DNA from: Geotalea daltonii FRC-32
GTDB taxonomy: Bacteria; Desulfobacterota; Desulfuromonadia; Geobacterales; Geobacteraceae
NCBI RefSeq assembly: GCF_000022265.1
Contig: NC_011979.1
Span: 1,770,001-1,802,000, forward strand
Reading direction: 5' to 3'
DNA: 32,000 nucleotides
The notes beneath the pieces were generated by a model. The model saw nothing but the letters and a program-made list of their open reading frames with translations, made no database searches and was not told the DNA's origin. The position numbers and the translations under genes were made by a program. Below, one piece after another: positions 9,495-19,252 of this stretch; position 1 is the first letter of the stretch, and each line of letters opens with the position of its first letter.

Positions 9495-9821
9495 TAAAGT
9501 GAAGATGCAAACACCAAGGATAACTGCTGCTTTGCACTGGTGCTTTCCCATTGTACTAAACCCCTGGGCACGGAAATCACCTTCCGCAATTATCAAAATC
9601 AGAATTAGTGGATGAGGGGTAAAATTAGAGCATTTAAATTGACAAATAACAGATTAGGTGATAGTTGTGCGCTACATGATTTTTATTTAATTCTAAGGCA
9701 ATAATTATACCATCCTCGTCAGACTCGTCGCACGGCTTCACTGGAAACTTCCATCCAATGGGCCTCTAATTTTAGGATCCATGCCTTCGCAAATAAAATC
9801 ATTTTCAGTTGGGAGGACCAT

Positions 9822-12800
9822 ATGCCACGGTCTAGTAAAGTGGAATCCAGTCATCGCTTTATCTGGTTGCGGGGGGCACTGCTTGCTCTGTTGACACTTT
9901 TGGCAGTGATGCCGGGCGGAGCTATTGGCGGTGAAGGGATCTGGAACCCGGCTGCTTCACTGGCAACCTCACGCTACCAGCACACGGCAACTCTACTTCC
10001 CAATGGCAAGATCCTGGTGGCTGGGGGCTATCGATCTTCCTGGCCTTATGCTGTTGCCTCAGCAGAATTGTACGACCCTGTCACCAACAGGTGGAGCCCG
10101 GCGGGCTCCATGTCCATAGAACGCCGCTATCACACTGCCACGCTCCTGCCGAACGGAAAGGTCCTCGTCGTCGGCGGAAATGATAACACCAACACCCACT
10201 CCACCGCCGAGTTGTACGATCCTGCCACGAATAGCTGGAGCGCTGCGGCCTCCATGTCTTCCATACGTCAGATGCATACAGCCACTCTGCTTGCCGATGG
10301 CAAAATTCTGGTTGTTGGCGGTCATGGCAATGGAGATCTGTCCAGTGCCGAAATCTACGATCCGGCAGCTAATAGCTGGAGCGCCGCCGGATCACTCGCC
10401 ACTGCGCGCCGCGTTCACACCGCAACGCTGCTCCCCAACGGCAAGGTGCTGGTGGCGGGTGGTGGCAATAACAGTACCCAGTTTTACAATGCAGAGCTTT
10501 ACGACCCTGCTACGAACAGCTGGAGTTCTGCCGGTTCACTGGCGACTGCACGCGCCGACCACACAGCAATGCTCCTCCCAAACGGCAAGGTACTAGTGGC
10601 GGGTGGCTATGCCAGTCTCGGCGACCAGTTCCTCAGCAGCAGCGAGATCTATGATCCGGGCACCAACAGTTGGAGTGCCGGCGGAACATTGGCAACCGGA
10701 AGAGCCTATCATACCGCTACCCTGCTTCCCAACGGAAGACTGCTGGTGACCGGAGGACATAATTACACCAATTTCCATATCAGTAATGCCGAGCAGTATG
10801 ATCCAGCCAGCAACAGCTGGAGTGCAGCCGGCTCCCTGGCAACGCCACGCTATCAGCATACGGCAACTTTGCTTGCCAGTGGCAAGGTGATCACGGTGGG
10901 AGGAACGTCGACCAGCGGAGAAATCGCCAGCGCAGAATCATACGATTCATCTGTCGCCGGCTGGACGCCCGCCAATTCGTTGGCGACAGGACGACTCGGC
11001 CATTCTGCAACACCCATGACAAACGGCATGGTCCTGGTGGCGGGGGGAGAGCAGTCTGGCAGCGTATTTGCGACAGTCGAGCTGTATAATCCGGGGAACA
11101 ACAGCTGGACAGCCGCCGCTTCCATGGCAAATCCCCGCTCCGGTCATCGTGCAATTCTCCTTCCCAACGGCAAGGTTCTGGTTGTCGGAGGACGCAGCAA
11201 CCCAAACAGCGGTTATCTATCCAGTGCCGAGCTCTATGACCCTGCCACCAGCAGCTGGGGCGGAGCAGGAAGCATGGCTGTTGCCCGTTCGTTGTCCACG
11301 GTGACCCTTCTTGCCAACGGTAAGGTGCTGGTCGCCGGGGGGGGCAATGATGCCGATGAACCGCCAACGGCGGCAGAATTGTATGACCCGGCTACCAACA
11401 GCTGGAGTCCGGCAGGTTCGCTGGTGTTGGGCCGCTACAACCATACCGCCACGCTGCTTCCATCCGGCAAGGTAATGATAGCAGCGGGGAACTGGGAATA
11501 CGTTCCCACAAGCGAGTATGCCTCTCTGTCCAGTGTCGAGATCTACGATCCGGTCATCAACCAGTGGAGCACTGCCGGCACCATGGCAACGTCACGTGCT
11601 CGTCATTCCGCAACGCTTTTGCCAACCGGCAAGGTCCTCATTGCCGGGGGTACCCATTACCAGGGAGGGTATTTCTACGACCAGACAAGTTCCGAACTCT
11701 ACGACCCGGCCACCGATACCTGGAGTGCCGCAGGTTCCCTGTCTGTTGCGCGCATAGATCATACTGCGACGCTGCTCTCTGACGGCACCATTCTTGCCGT
11801 GGGAGGGTACGGCAGCGACGTGGGTGAATACCTCGCCAGTACCGAGTCTTTCGATCCGGCCAGCAACAGCTGGAAAGCTGCTGGTTCCCTGGCGTCAGGC
11901 CGTGCAGGCAACTCGGCGACACTGCTGCCGAATGGTTCGGTGCTGATCACCGGGGGGGTCGGTTTCGTCGGCATGGGCAACGGCGTTCTTGCCAGTGCCG
12001 AGATTTTTAACCGGGGCCTCGGTTTCACCGAGAGCCGCCGTCCGGTCATCTCCGGCATCAGCAATAATTCCGGCAATCTCCTCTTTACCGGCATCGGCTT
12101 CCGTGGCGACTCTGAAGGCTCTGGTGGCTCCACCAGCAGCTCGCCAAGCGATTATCCGCTGGTGCAGCTGCAGCGGGTCCAGGAGGGGCAGCAGGCCTTT
12201 GTGCTCATAAATCCTGCCACCAACTGGTCGGCAACTTCAGTTGCCATCAACGGTGGAGCCATTTCCCACCTGGTGAACGGCACCTATCTGGCAACTGTCC
12301 ATGTCAACGGTGTCCCCAGCGTCGCGTCCTTCTTGTCCCTCAGTCTTGACCCGAACACATCGGTCACCCCGGCCGGGCTAATCATGGGTAATGTTTATGT
12401 GGGGGAAACGGCGATAAATACAGTTACCCTGTCCAATACCGGGACACGGGAACTGCGGATAGCCTCTACCGTCATAACTGGCGCCGATGCCGGCATGTTC
12501 GCCAGGGGGGCAGGGGGGACCTGCGGCGCAACATTGGCCATTGGCGCCACCTGCACCATGGAAATAGCTTTCACCCCGCCGGTCGCCGGCAGCAGGACCG
12601 CTTCTCTGGAGGTGATATCCGATAATCCCACAGGGATTAGGGTTTCCCTCACCGGTACCGGAATTCTGCCCCAGTACCTTCTTACCCTCAGCATGAACGG
12701 CACCGGTTCCGGCACGGTCAGCGGCACGACCTCGACCGATCCACCAATCTTGTCATTCTCCACCAGTGCCAGCCAGTCACTGGTATCGGGAACCACGGTT

Positions 12801-15800
12801 ACCCTTAATGCCACCCCTGCTGCAGGTGCGGCATTCACCGGCTGGAGCGGTGACTGTACCGGTACCGGCTCCTGCAACCTGACCATGAGCGAGGCAAAGA
12901 GCATCACTGCAACTTTCACCCTTGACAGTACCCCCTCCGTCACCACCGCCAATCCTGCAGGGGGGAGCTATTCCTCGACCCAACTGGTAGCACTGACCAG
13001 CAATGAACCGGCAACCATCTACTATACCATCGACGGTTCCGAGCCGACTACCGGGTCTACCGTCTACTCCGGGCCGATCACCATCTCCAGTTCAGCCACC
13101 CTCAAGTATTTCGCCATCGATGGAGCGGGAAATCGGGAAACAACCCAATCCCAGACCTATCAGATTTCCGGTCAAAGCTCCGGCTGGTCGGTCAGAGCGT
13201 CACTCCCCTATGGGCTGTCACGCGCCTTTTCCGCGGTGGCAGACGGCAAGATCTTTATTCTCGGGGGGACGCCGGCCACCGCATCGATCATCAGTTTCGA
13301 CCCTGCTGCAAGCAGCTGGAGCACGCGGCCTTCGTTGACCACTCCCGTTTTCGGCGGCGCAGCGGTAGCACGGGGATCGACCATATACCTCATGGGCGGC
13401 TTGGATGGGCAGTTCAACTACCTGAACAGCGTTATCGCCTACGACACCATTAATGGAACAAGTACCCCGGTGGGTTCGCTCATCTATTCGCGGGCCCGGA
13501 TGAATGCCGTGCTGTTCAACAACAAGATCTACGTGGTAGGCGGCAGCAATGCGGAAACCACCATTGAGGAATATGACCTGGCCGGCAACTCCAGCAGGGT
13601 GGCGGGAACCCTGCCGGAGCCGACCCTTCTTGCCGGGGTGGCGGCATACGGGGACAGGATCATCATTGCCGGAGGGGGGACGGGCAATACCAAGACCTGG
13701 TCCTTCGATCCGGCAACCGGGAGCTTCACCGTTCTTGCCTCCCTCCCTTCAACCGCCGAAGCGCGGAATCTCATCGTCAACAATGACCGGTTATACCTGG
13801 TGGAGAGCTGGGGCTATGACAACATCAATCATATCTATGAATACAACATCAGCGCCAACACCTGGAGCATAGCCACCAGTGTCCCGACCTTCCGTAATGT
13901 CCCCATGGTGGAGGCGCTGAATGGCCTCCTCTATGTCATGGGGGGAGACGACGCAACCGGCTCCAAGGCCAACGAGGCATGGACCTTGAGCAGCGGCTGG
14001 ACAGTCAACAGTGTCAACCCTTACCGGTCCGACATGATCGACTGGCCAGCCTCACAGCATGGAACGGTTACCGCCGGAACCAACATCAAAATAGGGTCCC
14101 TCTATTACTACGTCACCGAATCGGATGTGCCAAGCTGGAGCGGGTCGGGCTATGTCAGGGCTGCTCTTTCCGATTGCGACCAGATTACCGGGCTTCCGAT
14201 CGGTCCCGCCAACATGATTGGTTCCCAGGGAAGACCGATAACCTATGATACCAATCCCCCGTCAGTAACAGCGACTCCTGCAGGCGGCACCTATGCGGGG
14301 CCGCTGACCGTCACCCTGACCACCGACAAACCAGGGACCATCTATTACACCACCGACGGTACTGAGCCGACCTCTTATTCACCCGCTTACTCCGGGCCTC
14401 TGTACATTACCGCATCCACCACGCTCAAATTTTTCGCCCGCGATGCTGTGAATAGCGAACCGGTCCAGACGCAAGTTTATTCAATTACTTTGGCAGAGCA
14501 GGGTATCATCAACACTGTGGCTGGGAACGGCGTGGCGGGATTTACCGGAGACGGGGGCATCGCTGTCGGATCATCCCTGAACTACCCGGAAGATGCTGCT
14601 GTCGATCTCGATGGCAATATATATATCGCGGACTCTGCAAATAATCGCATCAGAAGAGTGGATAAGGCCAGCGGGAGCATCGCCACCATAGCAGGAAACG
14701 GCCTTGCAGAATTCAGCGGCGACGGAGGACCCGCTTACATGGCCGGACTTAACCGGCCATTCGCCGTAGCATTGGACACCAGCGGAAACATCTACATAAG
14801 CGACAACCTGAATTACCGGGTCAGGAAAATAGACTTGGCTTCCTTTATCATAACCACGGTTGCCGGTAACGGGACCAGCGGTGCTACCGGCGACGGGGGG
14901 CTCGCTACTGCTGCATCCCTGGGGGATATACGCGGCCTGGCCGTTGACACGGCAGGGAATATCTACATTGCCGATAGCGGAAGCAACGGCATCAGGAAAG
15001 TAGAAAAGACAACCGGCATCATTACCACCATAGCTACCGGCAATCATCCGGAAGGTGTCACCCTGGACAGGGCCGGTAACCTGTATTATGCGGAAACGTG
15101 GGGCAACGTAATTGTCAGAATAGACAAGGCAACATCAACAAAAAGCATCGTGGCGGGTAATGGTATGGGCGGTTATTCGGGTGATGGGGGCCCAGCTACC
15201 CAGGCGAGCCTTTATGCTCCCCACCGCATCGTCCTGGATGGCAATGGAAATATCTATATAAGCGATACATTCAACCATCGTATCCGAAAGGTGAACAGTG
15301 CAACGGGACTTATATCAACCCTGGCCGGAACAGGGACAGCCGGTTATTCGGGAGACGGAGGTGCCGCCACTGCTGCCATGATTGCCAGTCCGCGAGGCAT
15401 TTCCATTGGCTCAAACGGCACCATCTTTTTTGCCGATTCATCCAGCCGTGTGCGCACAATATCAGGCGGAACAAGCGACACCAACCCCCCGGACACCACA
15501 GCCACGCCGCCCGGTGGCACATACCAGGCACCCCAATGGGTTACCCTGAGCGCCAACGAACCGGCAACCATTTATTACACAGTTGACGGCACGTTCCCGA
15601 CCCCCGCCTCACCGGTCTATGGCGGGCCGATTTACGTTGGAAGCTCGATGACCCTGCAATATTTTGCCAGGGATGCAGCCGGAAACCAGGAGCCGGTAAA
15701 GAGCGAATACTTCACCATCAAGCAAGATCAGTACATCAGCTTTCCAGTAATCGATGCCAGGACTTACGGCGATGCGCCATTCACCCTTGGCGCCACGGCC

Positions 15801-17003
15801 AGCAGCGGGCTGGCTATCAGCTACACCAGCGACAACCTGGCCGTGGCCACGGTCAGTGACAATACCATCACTATTGTCGGTGCCGGTACCGTAAACATCA
15901 CGGCAACACAGTGGGGAGATTACTATTACAACTCCGCTTCGCCTGTAATACAAACCTTGACAGTCTACAAGTCACCGGCAACTGTAGCCCTTGGCAATCT
16001 CAGCGCCACCTATGACGGCACTGCAAAAACAGTTTCGGCGACAACAAGCCCCTCCGGGCTGTCAGTGACCTTTACCTATAACGGTGCCGGCACCGTTCCC
16101 GTTGCAGCCGGCACCTATGCCGTCGTCGGCGCCATCAGTAGCGCCAACTACCAAGGGAGTGCCACCGGGACCATGATTATTGCCCCGGCGGCAACAAGCA
16201 TCAGCATTAGTCAATCAAGTCCCAACCCTTCCACCTATGGCCAGCCGGTTACCATATCGGCAACGGTTGCTCCGGTGGGGGCTAGCGGCAAGGTGCGGTT
16301 CAGCAATGGTATCGGATGGGCAGAGGAGGTCGATGTCAATCCTGCCAGCGGCAGTGCATCACTATCCGCCGCGATGATACCGGCGGGAGTGAATACCATA
16401 ACAGCCCAGTACACGGGTGACAACAATCATCTCCAGAGTCCGGTTTCCACCGGAGTGACTCAGATCGTCAACAAAGCTAACCAGACCATCAGCTTTGCGG
16501 CCATAGCAAGCAAAATTGCCGGTGGCCCGGAGTTCACCCTCAACGCAACAGCAACCAGCACACTGCCGGTCAGCTTCATCAGCAGCGACCCGGCAGTTGC
16601 CCAGGTAAGCGGCAACACAGTGACAATCGCTGGTCCCGGCACGGTCACCATCATTGCCAGTCAGTGGGGGGACAGCAACTACAATGCGGCGAATGCGGTT
16701 ACCCAATCTTTTACCGTGCTTCCTGTGGAGCAGGGCATCAAGCTGATTGACAATGGGGCCGACTCATATTTCACCACATTCTCAGCTGCCTACAACGGCA
16801 TAACAAGCGGCATCGGCACTTCAATCCGGTTGCCGATAACCACGCTGACCGAAATCCTTGTGTTCGACAAAAATCATGAGCTGATTATTCTGGGGGGATA
16901 TGATCCGATTGGGGGAACGTATTCTGGTGTAACAACAATCCAAGGGAGTATCACGATTCAGAATGGGACAGTTATCATCGCTGAGCCATTAAGCATAAGT
17001 TGA
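9822..17003 (+). CDS. Giant secreted multi-propeller protein (Kelch x14, Kelch-like x6, NHL x6, three CHB_HEX_C/Fn3-associated modules, Ig-like/Big_2/MBG modules)
   Basis: GGGAGG RBS and a signal-like N-terminus (LLALLTLLAVMPGGAIG). Fourteen repeats of the HTATLLPNGKVLVAGG...AELYDPATNSWS type, six NHL-type repeats (GNIYIADSANNRIRRVD) and three copies of ATIYYT.DGSEPT...TLKYFA.D. No stop over 2393 codons. Confidence 0.9.
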   Translation: MPRSSKVESSHRFIWLRGALLALLTLLAVMPGGAIGGEGIWNPAASLATSRYQHTATLLPNGKILVAGGYRSSWPYAVASAELYDPVTNRWSPAGSMSIERRYHTATLLPNGKVLVVGGNDNTNTHSTAELYDPATNSWSAAASMSSIRQMHTATLLADGKILVVGGHGNGDLSSAEIYDPAANSWSAAGSLATARRVHTATLLPNGKVLVAGGGNNSTQFYNAELYDPATNSWSSAGSLATARADHTAMLLPNGKVLVAGGYASLGDQFLSSSEIYDPGTNSWSAGGTLATGRAYHTATLLPNGRLLVTGGHNYTNFHISNAEQYDPASNSWSAAGSLATPRYQHTATLLASGKVITVGGTSTSGEIASAESYDSSVAGWTPANSLATGRLGHSATPMTNGMVLVAGGEQSGSVFATVELYNPGNNSWTAAASMANPRSGHRAILLPNGKVLVVGGRSNPNSGYLSSAELYDPATSSWGGAGSMAVARSLSTVTLLANGKVLVAGGGNDADEPPTAAELYDPATNSWSPAGSLVLGRYNHTATLLPSGKVMIAAGNWEYVPTSEYASLSSVEIYDPVINQWSTAGTMATSRARHSATLLPTGKVLIAGGTHYQGGYFYDQTSSELYDPATDTWSAAGSLSVARIDHTATLLSDGTILAVGGYGSDVGEYLASTESFDPASNSWKAAGSLASGRAGNSATLLPNGSVLITGGVGFVGMGNGVLASAEIFNRGLGFTESRRPVISGISNNSGNLLFTGIGFRGDSEGSGGSTSSSPSDYPLVQLQRVQEGQQAFVLINPATNWSATSVAINGGAISHLVNGTYLATVHVNGVPSVASFLSLSLDPNTSVTPAGLIMGNVYVGETAINTVTLSNTGTRELRIASTVITGADAGMFARGAGGTCGATLAIGATCTMEIAFTPPVAGSRTASLEVISDNPTGIRVSLTGTGILPQYLLTLSMNGTGSGTVSGTTSTDPPILSFSTSASQSLVSGTTVTLNATPAAGAAFTGWSGDCTGTGSCNLTMSEAKSITATFTLDSTPSVTTANPAGGSYSSTQLVALTSNEPATIYYTIDGSEPTTGSTVYSGPITISSSATLKYFAIDGAGNRETTQSQTYQISGQSSGWSVRASLPYGLSRAFSAVADGKIFILGGTPATASIISFDPAASSWSTRPSLTTPVFGGAAVARGSTIYLMGGLDGQFNYLNSVIAYDTINGTSTPVGSLIYSRARMNAVLFNNKIYVVGGSNAETTIEEYDLAGNSSRVAGTLPEPTLLAGVAAYGDRIIIAGGGTGNTKTWSFDPATGSFTVLASLPSTAEARNLIVNNDRLYLVESWGYDNINHIYEYNISANTWSIATSVPTFRNVPMVEALNGLLYVMGGDDATGSKANEAWTLSSGWTVNSVNPYRSDMIDWPASQHGTVTAGTNIKIGSLYYYVTESDVPSWSGSGYVRAALSDCDQITGLPIGPANMIGSQGRPITYDTNPPSVTATPAGGTYAGPLTVTLTTDKPGTIYYTTDGTEPTSYSPAYSGPLYITASTTLKFFARDAVNSEPVQTQVYSITLAEQGIINTVAGNGVAGFTGDGGIAVGSSLNYPEDAAVDLDGNIYIADSANNRIRRVDKASGSIATIAGNGLAEFSGDGGPAYMAGLNRPFAVALDTSGNIYISDNLNYRVRKIDLASFIITTVAGNGTSGATGDGGLATAASLGDIRGLAVDTAGNIYIADSGSNGIRKVEKTTGIITTIATGNHPEGVTLDRAGNLYYAETWGNVIVRIDKATSTKSIVAGNGMGGYSGDGGPATQASLYAPHRIVLDGNGNIYISDTFNHRIRKVNSATGLISTLAGTGTAGYSGDGGAATAAMIASPRGISIGSNGTIFFADSSSRVRTISGGTSDTNPPDTTATPPGGTYQAPQWVTLSANEPATIYYTVDGTFPTPASPVYGGPIYVGSSMTLQYFARDAAGNQEPVKSEYFTIKQDQYISFPVIDARTYGDAPFTLGATASSGLAISYTSDNLAVATVSDNTITIVGAGTVNITATQWGDYYYNSASPVIQTLTVYKSPATVALGNLSATYDGTAKTVSATTSPSGLSVTFTYNGAGTVPVAAGTYAVVGAISSANYQGSATGTMIIAPAATSISISQSSPNPSTYGQPVTISATVAPVGASGKVRFSNGIGWAEEVDVNPASGSASLSAAMIPAGVNTITAQYTGDNNHLQSPVSTGVTQIVNKANQTISFAAIASKIAGGPEFTLNATATSTLPVSFISSDPAVAQVSGNTVTIAGPGTVTIIASQWGDSNYNAANAVTQSFTVLPVEQGIKLIDNGADSYFTTFSAAYNGITSGIGTSIRLPITTLTEILVFDKNHELIILGGYDPIGGTYSGVTTIQGSITIQNGTVIIAEPLSIS

Positions 17004-17181
17004 AGGTCAACCTGCAGAGAGCCATCCCCGAGCCCTTTGACGAAATGAACTTTTAATTCAGGCAGAAGATTTAGAAAAACATGATGAGGAGGCTGATGTG
17101 CAAGGCTTTGAGAGCGAGGAGGGGAAACGTAAATCGCAAGCTTTATGAATTCTTCTTTTGAACATTAAATATAAAAAAGAT

Positions 17182-17208
17182 AAGGCCATCCATTTAGAGG
17201 ATGGCCTT
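17182..17208. terminator. Rho-independent terminator (best context on the minus strand, downstream of tRNA-Arg; may also stop the giant gene)
   Basis: AAGGCCATCC-atttaga-GGATGGCCTT 10-bp stem. On the minus strand it is followed by TCTTTTTT; on the plus strand by a T-rich ATTTGTTTGTT. Confidence 0.7.
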
Positions 17209-17338
17209 ATTTGTTTGTTCAATTTCTTTGCCAAATTTTGGAATGAATAAGGGGTAGACGGCACTTGGCAGGACAAGCTGTCACTTTTCGCCCTATTATG
17301 GTTCAAGTGATAGTAGTAGGTAAGTAAAGATTTTAAAA

Positions 17339-17415
17339 TGGCGGGCGGCATGGGATTCGAACCCACGACCCCAGGCTTCGGAGGCCTGTACTCTATCCAA
17401 CTGAGCTAACCGCCC
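17339..17415 (-). tRNA. tRNA-Arg (anticodon CCG), CCA encoded
   Basis: The reverse strand reads GGGCGGTTAGCTCAGTTGGATAGAGTACAGGCCTCCGAAGCCTGGGGTCGTGGGTTCGAATCCCATGCCGCCCGCCA. It folds as a cloverleaf with a 7-bp acceptor stem, anticodon stem CAGGC/GCCTG, loop CUCCGAA and T-loop TTCGAAT. Confidence 0.93.
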
Positions 17416-17539
17416 GTGAATTTTTACTTTTACACTATTTTTATCCATAACTCAAGGTTTATTCTCCGGATGTCAAGCCTGCGGCCTGTCCTTTTTGTTC
17501 AGAATTTGCTAGTATCAATCGGGTAAAAAGGAGGCTGCC

Positions 17540-18421
17540 GTGATCAGCAAAATAGCTCTTTTTCTTCTTCTGACGGTAACCGTCTGTTTGAGTGCCACGC
17601 CGTCGTCCGCTGCCATAGACGGCAGCCCTGCCGGGTACTCCAGAAGCTATGCTATCGAAAAGCTGGCTGAAAATGTTTTTGCTGCCATTGCTCAACCCAG
17701 GGGAAAGGCCGCAAGTAACGCCGTTATTGTTGTTACCGGCACACATGTTATCCTCATCGGGTCCCATTTCGTGCCGGATGGCATCACTGAACTGATGGAA
17801 GAGGTCGGCAAAATAACCTCTGCACCGCTGACCACTGTAATCCTCACCCACCACCATCGAGGTTACAATTATGTTGACTATGATTTCCCTCCCGACATTG
17901 AGATCATCACTTCATGGCAGACATGGCAGACCCTGAAGGAAGGGTATCGGGAGCTGAAGAATTCGATCATGTTTTTTGACAAGAGCCTTACCCTGCGGCA
18001 CGGCAAAAGCGTCATCGTTGCCAGCAATCTGGGACGCGGCCATGGGGACGGAGATGTGATAGTCTATCTGCCGGAGGAAAAGGTGCTGTTCACTTCAGAC
18101 CTTTTTTTCAATGACGTGATCGGTTACATGGGGGATGGTTATCTGCGGGAATGGGTGCTTAACCTGGAGATGCTGGAGGGGCTGGATGCCAGGCATGTGG
18201 TCCCTGGACTGGGAAAGGTGACGGACAGCGAGTCAATCGGAAAATTTCGTGTTTTTTTTACGGACTTTACCACGGAAGTGTTGCGCTATCTGGAAAAGAA
18301 GAAGACTCTGGAGCAGACGAAGAAGAATTTCCGTCTGCCAAAGTATGAATCTCTCCCTGGTTACAGGGAATTTTTCAATCAGAACATTGAGCGTGCCTAC
18401 AGGCAGTTGAAGGAACAGTAG
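17540..18421 (+). CDS. Secreted MBL-fold (metallo-beta-lactamase superfamily) protein with a degenerate metal motif
   Basis: GTG start after an AGGAGG RBS. Signal peptide ...LSATPSSAA. MBL-like blocks VILTHHHRGYNYV and GHGDGDVIVYLPEEKVLFTSDLFF. Confidence 0.75.
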   Translation: MISKIALFLLLTVTVCLSATPSSAAIDGSPAGYSRSYAIEKLAENVFAAIAQPRGKAASNAVIVVTGTHVILIGSHFVPDGITELMEEVGKITSAPLTTVILTHHHRGYNYVDYDFPPDIEIITSWQTWQTLKEGYRELKNSIMFFDKSLTLRHGKSVIVASNLGRGHGDGDVIVYLPEEKVLFTSDLFFNDVIGYMGDGYLREWVLNLEMLEGLDARHVVPGLGKVTDSESIGKFRVFFTDFTTEVLRYLEKKKTLEQTKKNFRLPKYESLPGYREFFNQNIERAYRQLKEQ

Positions 18422-18430
18422 CTCTGTTGC

Positions 18431-19126
18431 TTATCGTGTCGGCGAACCGTAAACAGGAATGACAATCTCGCCCTTTTTCGGGCTGTCGGTGGTGATGGTC
18501 AGATATCCGCTCAGGATCCTATCGGTAGCTTTAGGCGTGACGGTAATCTCAATGGTAGCGGACTCACCCGATTTGAGCTGCTGTTTTTTTATTTCGGCTG
18601 TTATTTGAGGTATCTGCGCTTTTACCGATATTATTTTTAGAGGTCTGTTTCCTCTGTTGATCAGGGTTACATTCGATTTTGTGGAATTCCCTGCTTTTAT
18701 CTGCCCCAGATTCAACTGCCGGGGGGTGATCTGGACTTCCTCAATGATGGTTCCGTTGAGGCTCAATGTATAGGTAGAAGCTTTCGGATCGTTTGTTTCA
18801 ATGGCAATGTTTTTTGTCACTTTGCCCGTGAAGTTCGTCGAATCGAACACAATCTTGATCTCGCCGCTTTTGCCCGGTTGGATGACCGGTGATGAGACAT
18901 TTGCAGCTGTGCAACCGCATGAAGGAACCACTCGCAGAATTGACAAAGGGGAGTCGCCGTTGTTTTTGATGGAAAACGTATGATGCAGCTTTTCTCCCTG
19001 GACAAGGGTGCCGAAATTGAAACTCGATTCAGGAACAACAAGTTGTGATGAGGTATGGGCTGTTGTGAAAAATAATAGCACGAGGCAGATTGTGAGAAGA
19101 GAGAGCTTTTTCATGTTATTCCCCAT
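18431..19126 (-). CDS. DUF1573 domain-containing secreted protein (two Ig-like modules)
   Basis: FNFGTLVQGEKLHHTFSIKNNGDSPLSILRVVPSCGCT is the classic DUF1573 signature. The true start is probably the ATG at 19114 (MKKLSLL..., with GGGGA upstream). Confidence 0.85.
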   Translation of the reverse strand: MGNNMKKLSLLTICLVLLFFTTAHTSSQLVVPESSFNFGTLVQGEKLHHTFSIKNNGDSPLSILRVVPSCGCTAANVSSPVIQPGKSGEIKIVFDSTNFTGKVTKNIAIETNDPKASTYTLSLNGTIIEEVQITPRQLNLGQIKAGNSTKSNVTLINRGNRPLKIISVKAQIPQITAEIKKQQLKSGESATIEITVTPKATDRILSGYLTITTDSPKKGEIVIPVYGSPTR

Positions 19127-19186
19127 TTAATGTGGTTTCCAGGTTCAATTTTATATCACAAAAAAAGGACAAGGGTCCATAATGAT

Positions 19187-19215
19187 TTGACCTGTTCTCT
19201 CTATTCTGCTATAGA
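19187..19215 (+). promoter_or_regulatory. Candidate sigma70 promoter for hpt
   Basis: TTGACC (19187-19192), a 17-nt spacer, then TATAGA (19210-19215). It lies inside the track's N-terminal extension of hpt, which supports the shorter gene model. Confidence 0.4.
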
Positions 19216-19252
19216 GGAGCGTAAAAAATGTAAGGGTGAAGCGGGGTTATGG

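Noticed and set aside
9636-9670. A perfect TTGACA -35 hexamer (9639-9644) upstream of the giant gene.
   Set aside because: No acceptable -10 follows at 16-18 bp (TAGTTG or ATAGTT). I do not call it a promoter without TSS data.
17081-17161. A 26-aa basic small ORF (MMRRLMCKALRARRGNVNRKLYEFFF) downstream of the giant gene. A 19-aa ORF at 28399-28458 is similar.
   Set aside because: Neither has a Shine-Dalgarno sequence or recognisable features. Both sit in AT-rich intergenic DNA where such ORFs arise by chance.
17058-17366. A 102-aa minus-strand ORF.
   Set aside because: Its 5' end overlaps the tRNA-Arg gene and it runs through the terminator hairpin. The AT-rich, Lys/Ser-rich translation has no motifs.
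9347-17540. The giant gene, flanked by an AT-rich spacer and tRNA-Arg, as a possible tRNA-targeted genomic island.
   Set aside because: There is no integrase, transposase or plasmid/phage gene. I could find no direct repeat of the tRNA 3' end in 9347-9821 or 17004-17338. By eye, the giant gene's composition is not obviously different from its neighbours. This cannot be excluded without comparative genomics.
19130-19252. N-terminal extensions in the ORF track for hpt (19130), pta (24851), ferredoxin (22132), moeA (26696, TTG), moaA (28705, TTG) and the PAS/GAF kinase (6477, TTG).
   Set aside because: The extensions lack homology to the respective families, overlap predicted promoters, or use weak start codons. 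Downstream ATG or TTG starts have proper Shine-Dalgarno sequences and give canonical protein lengths.
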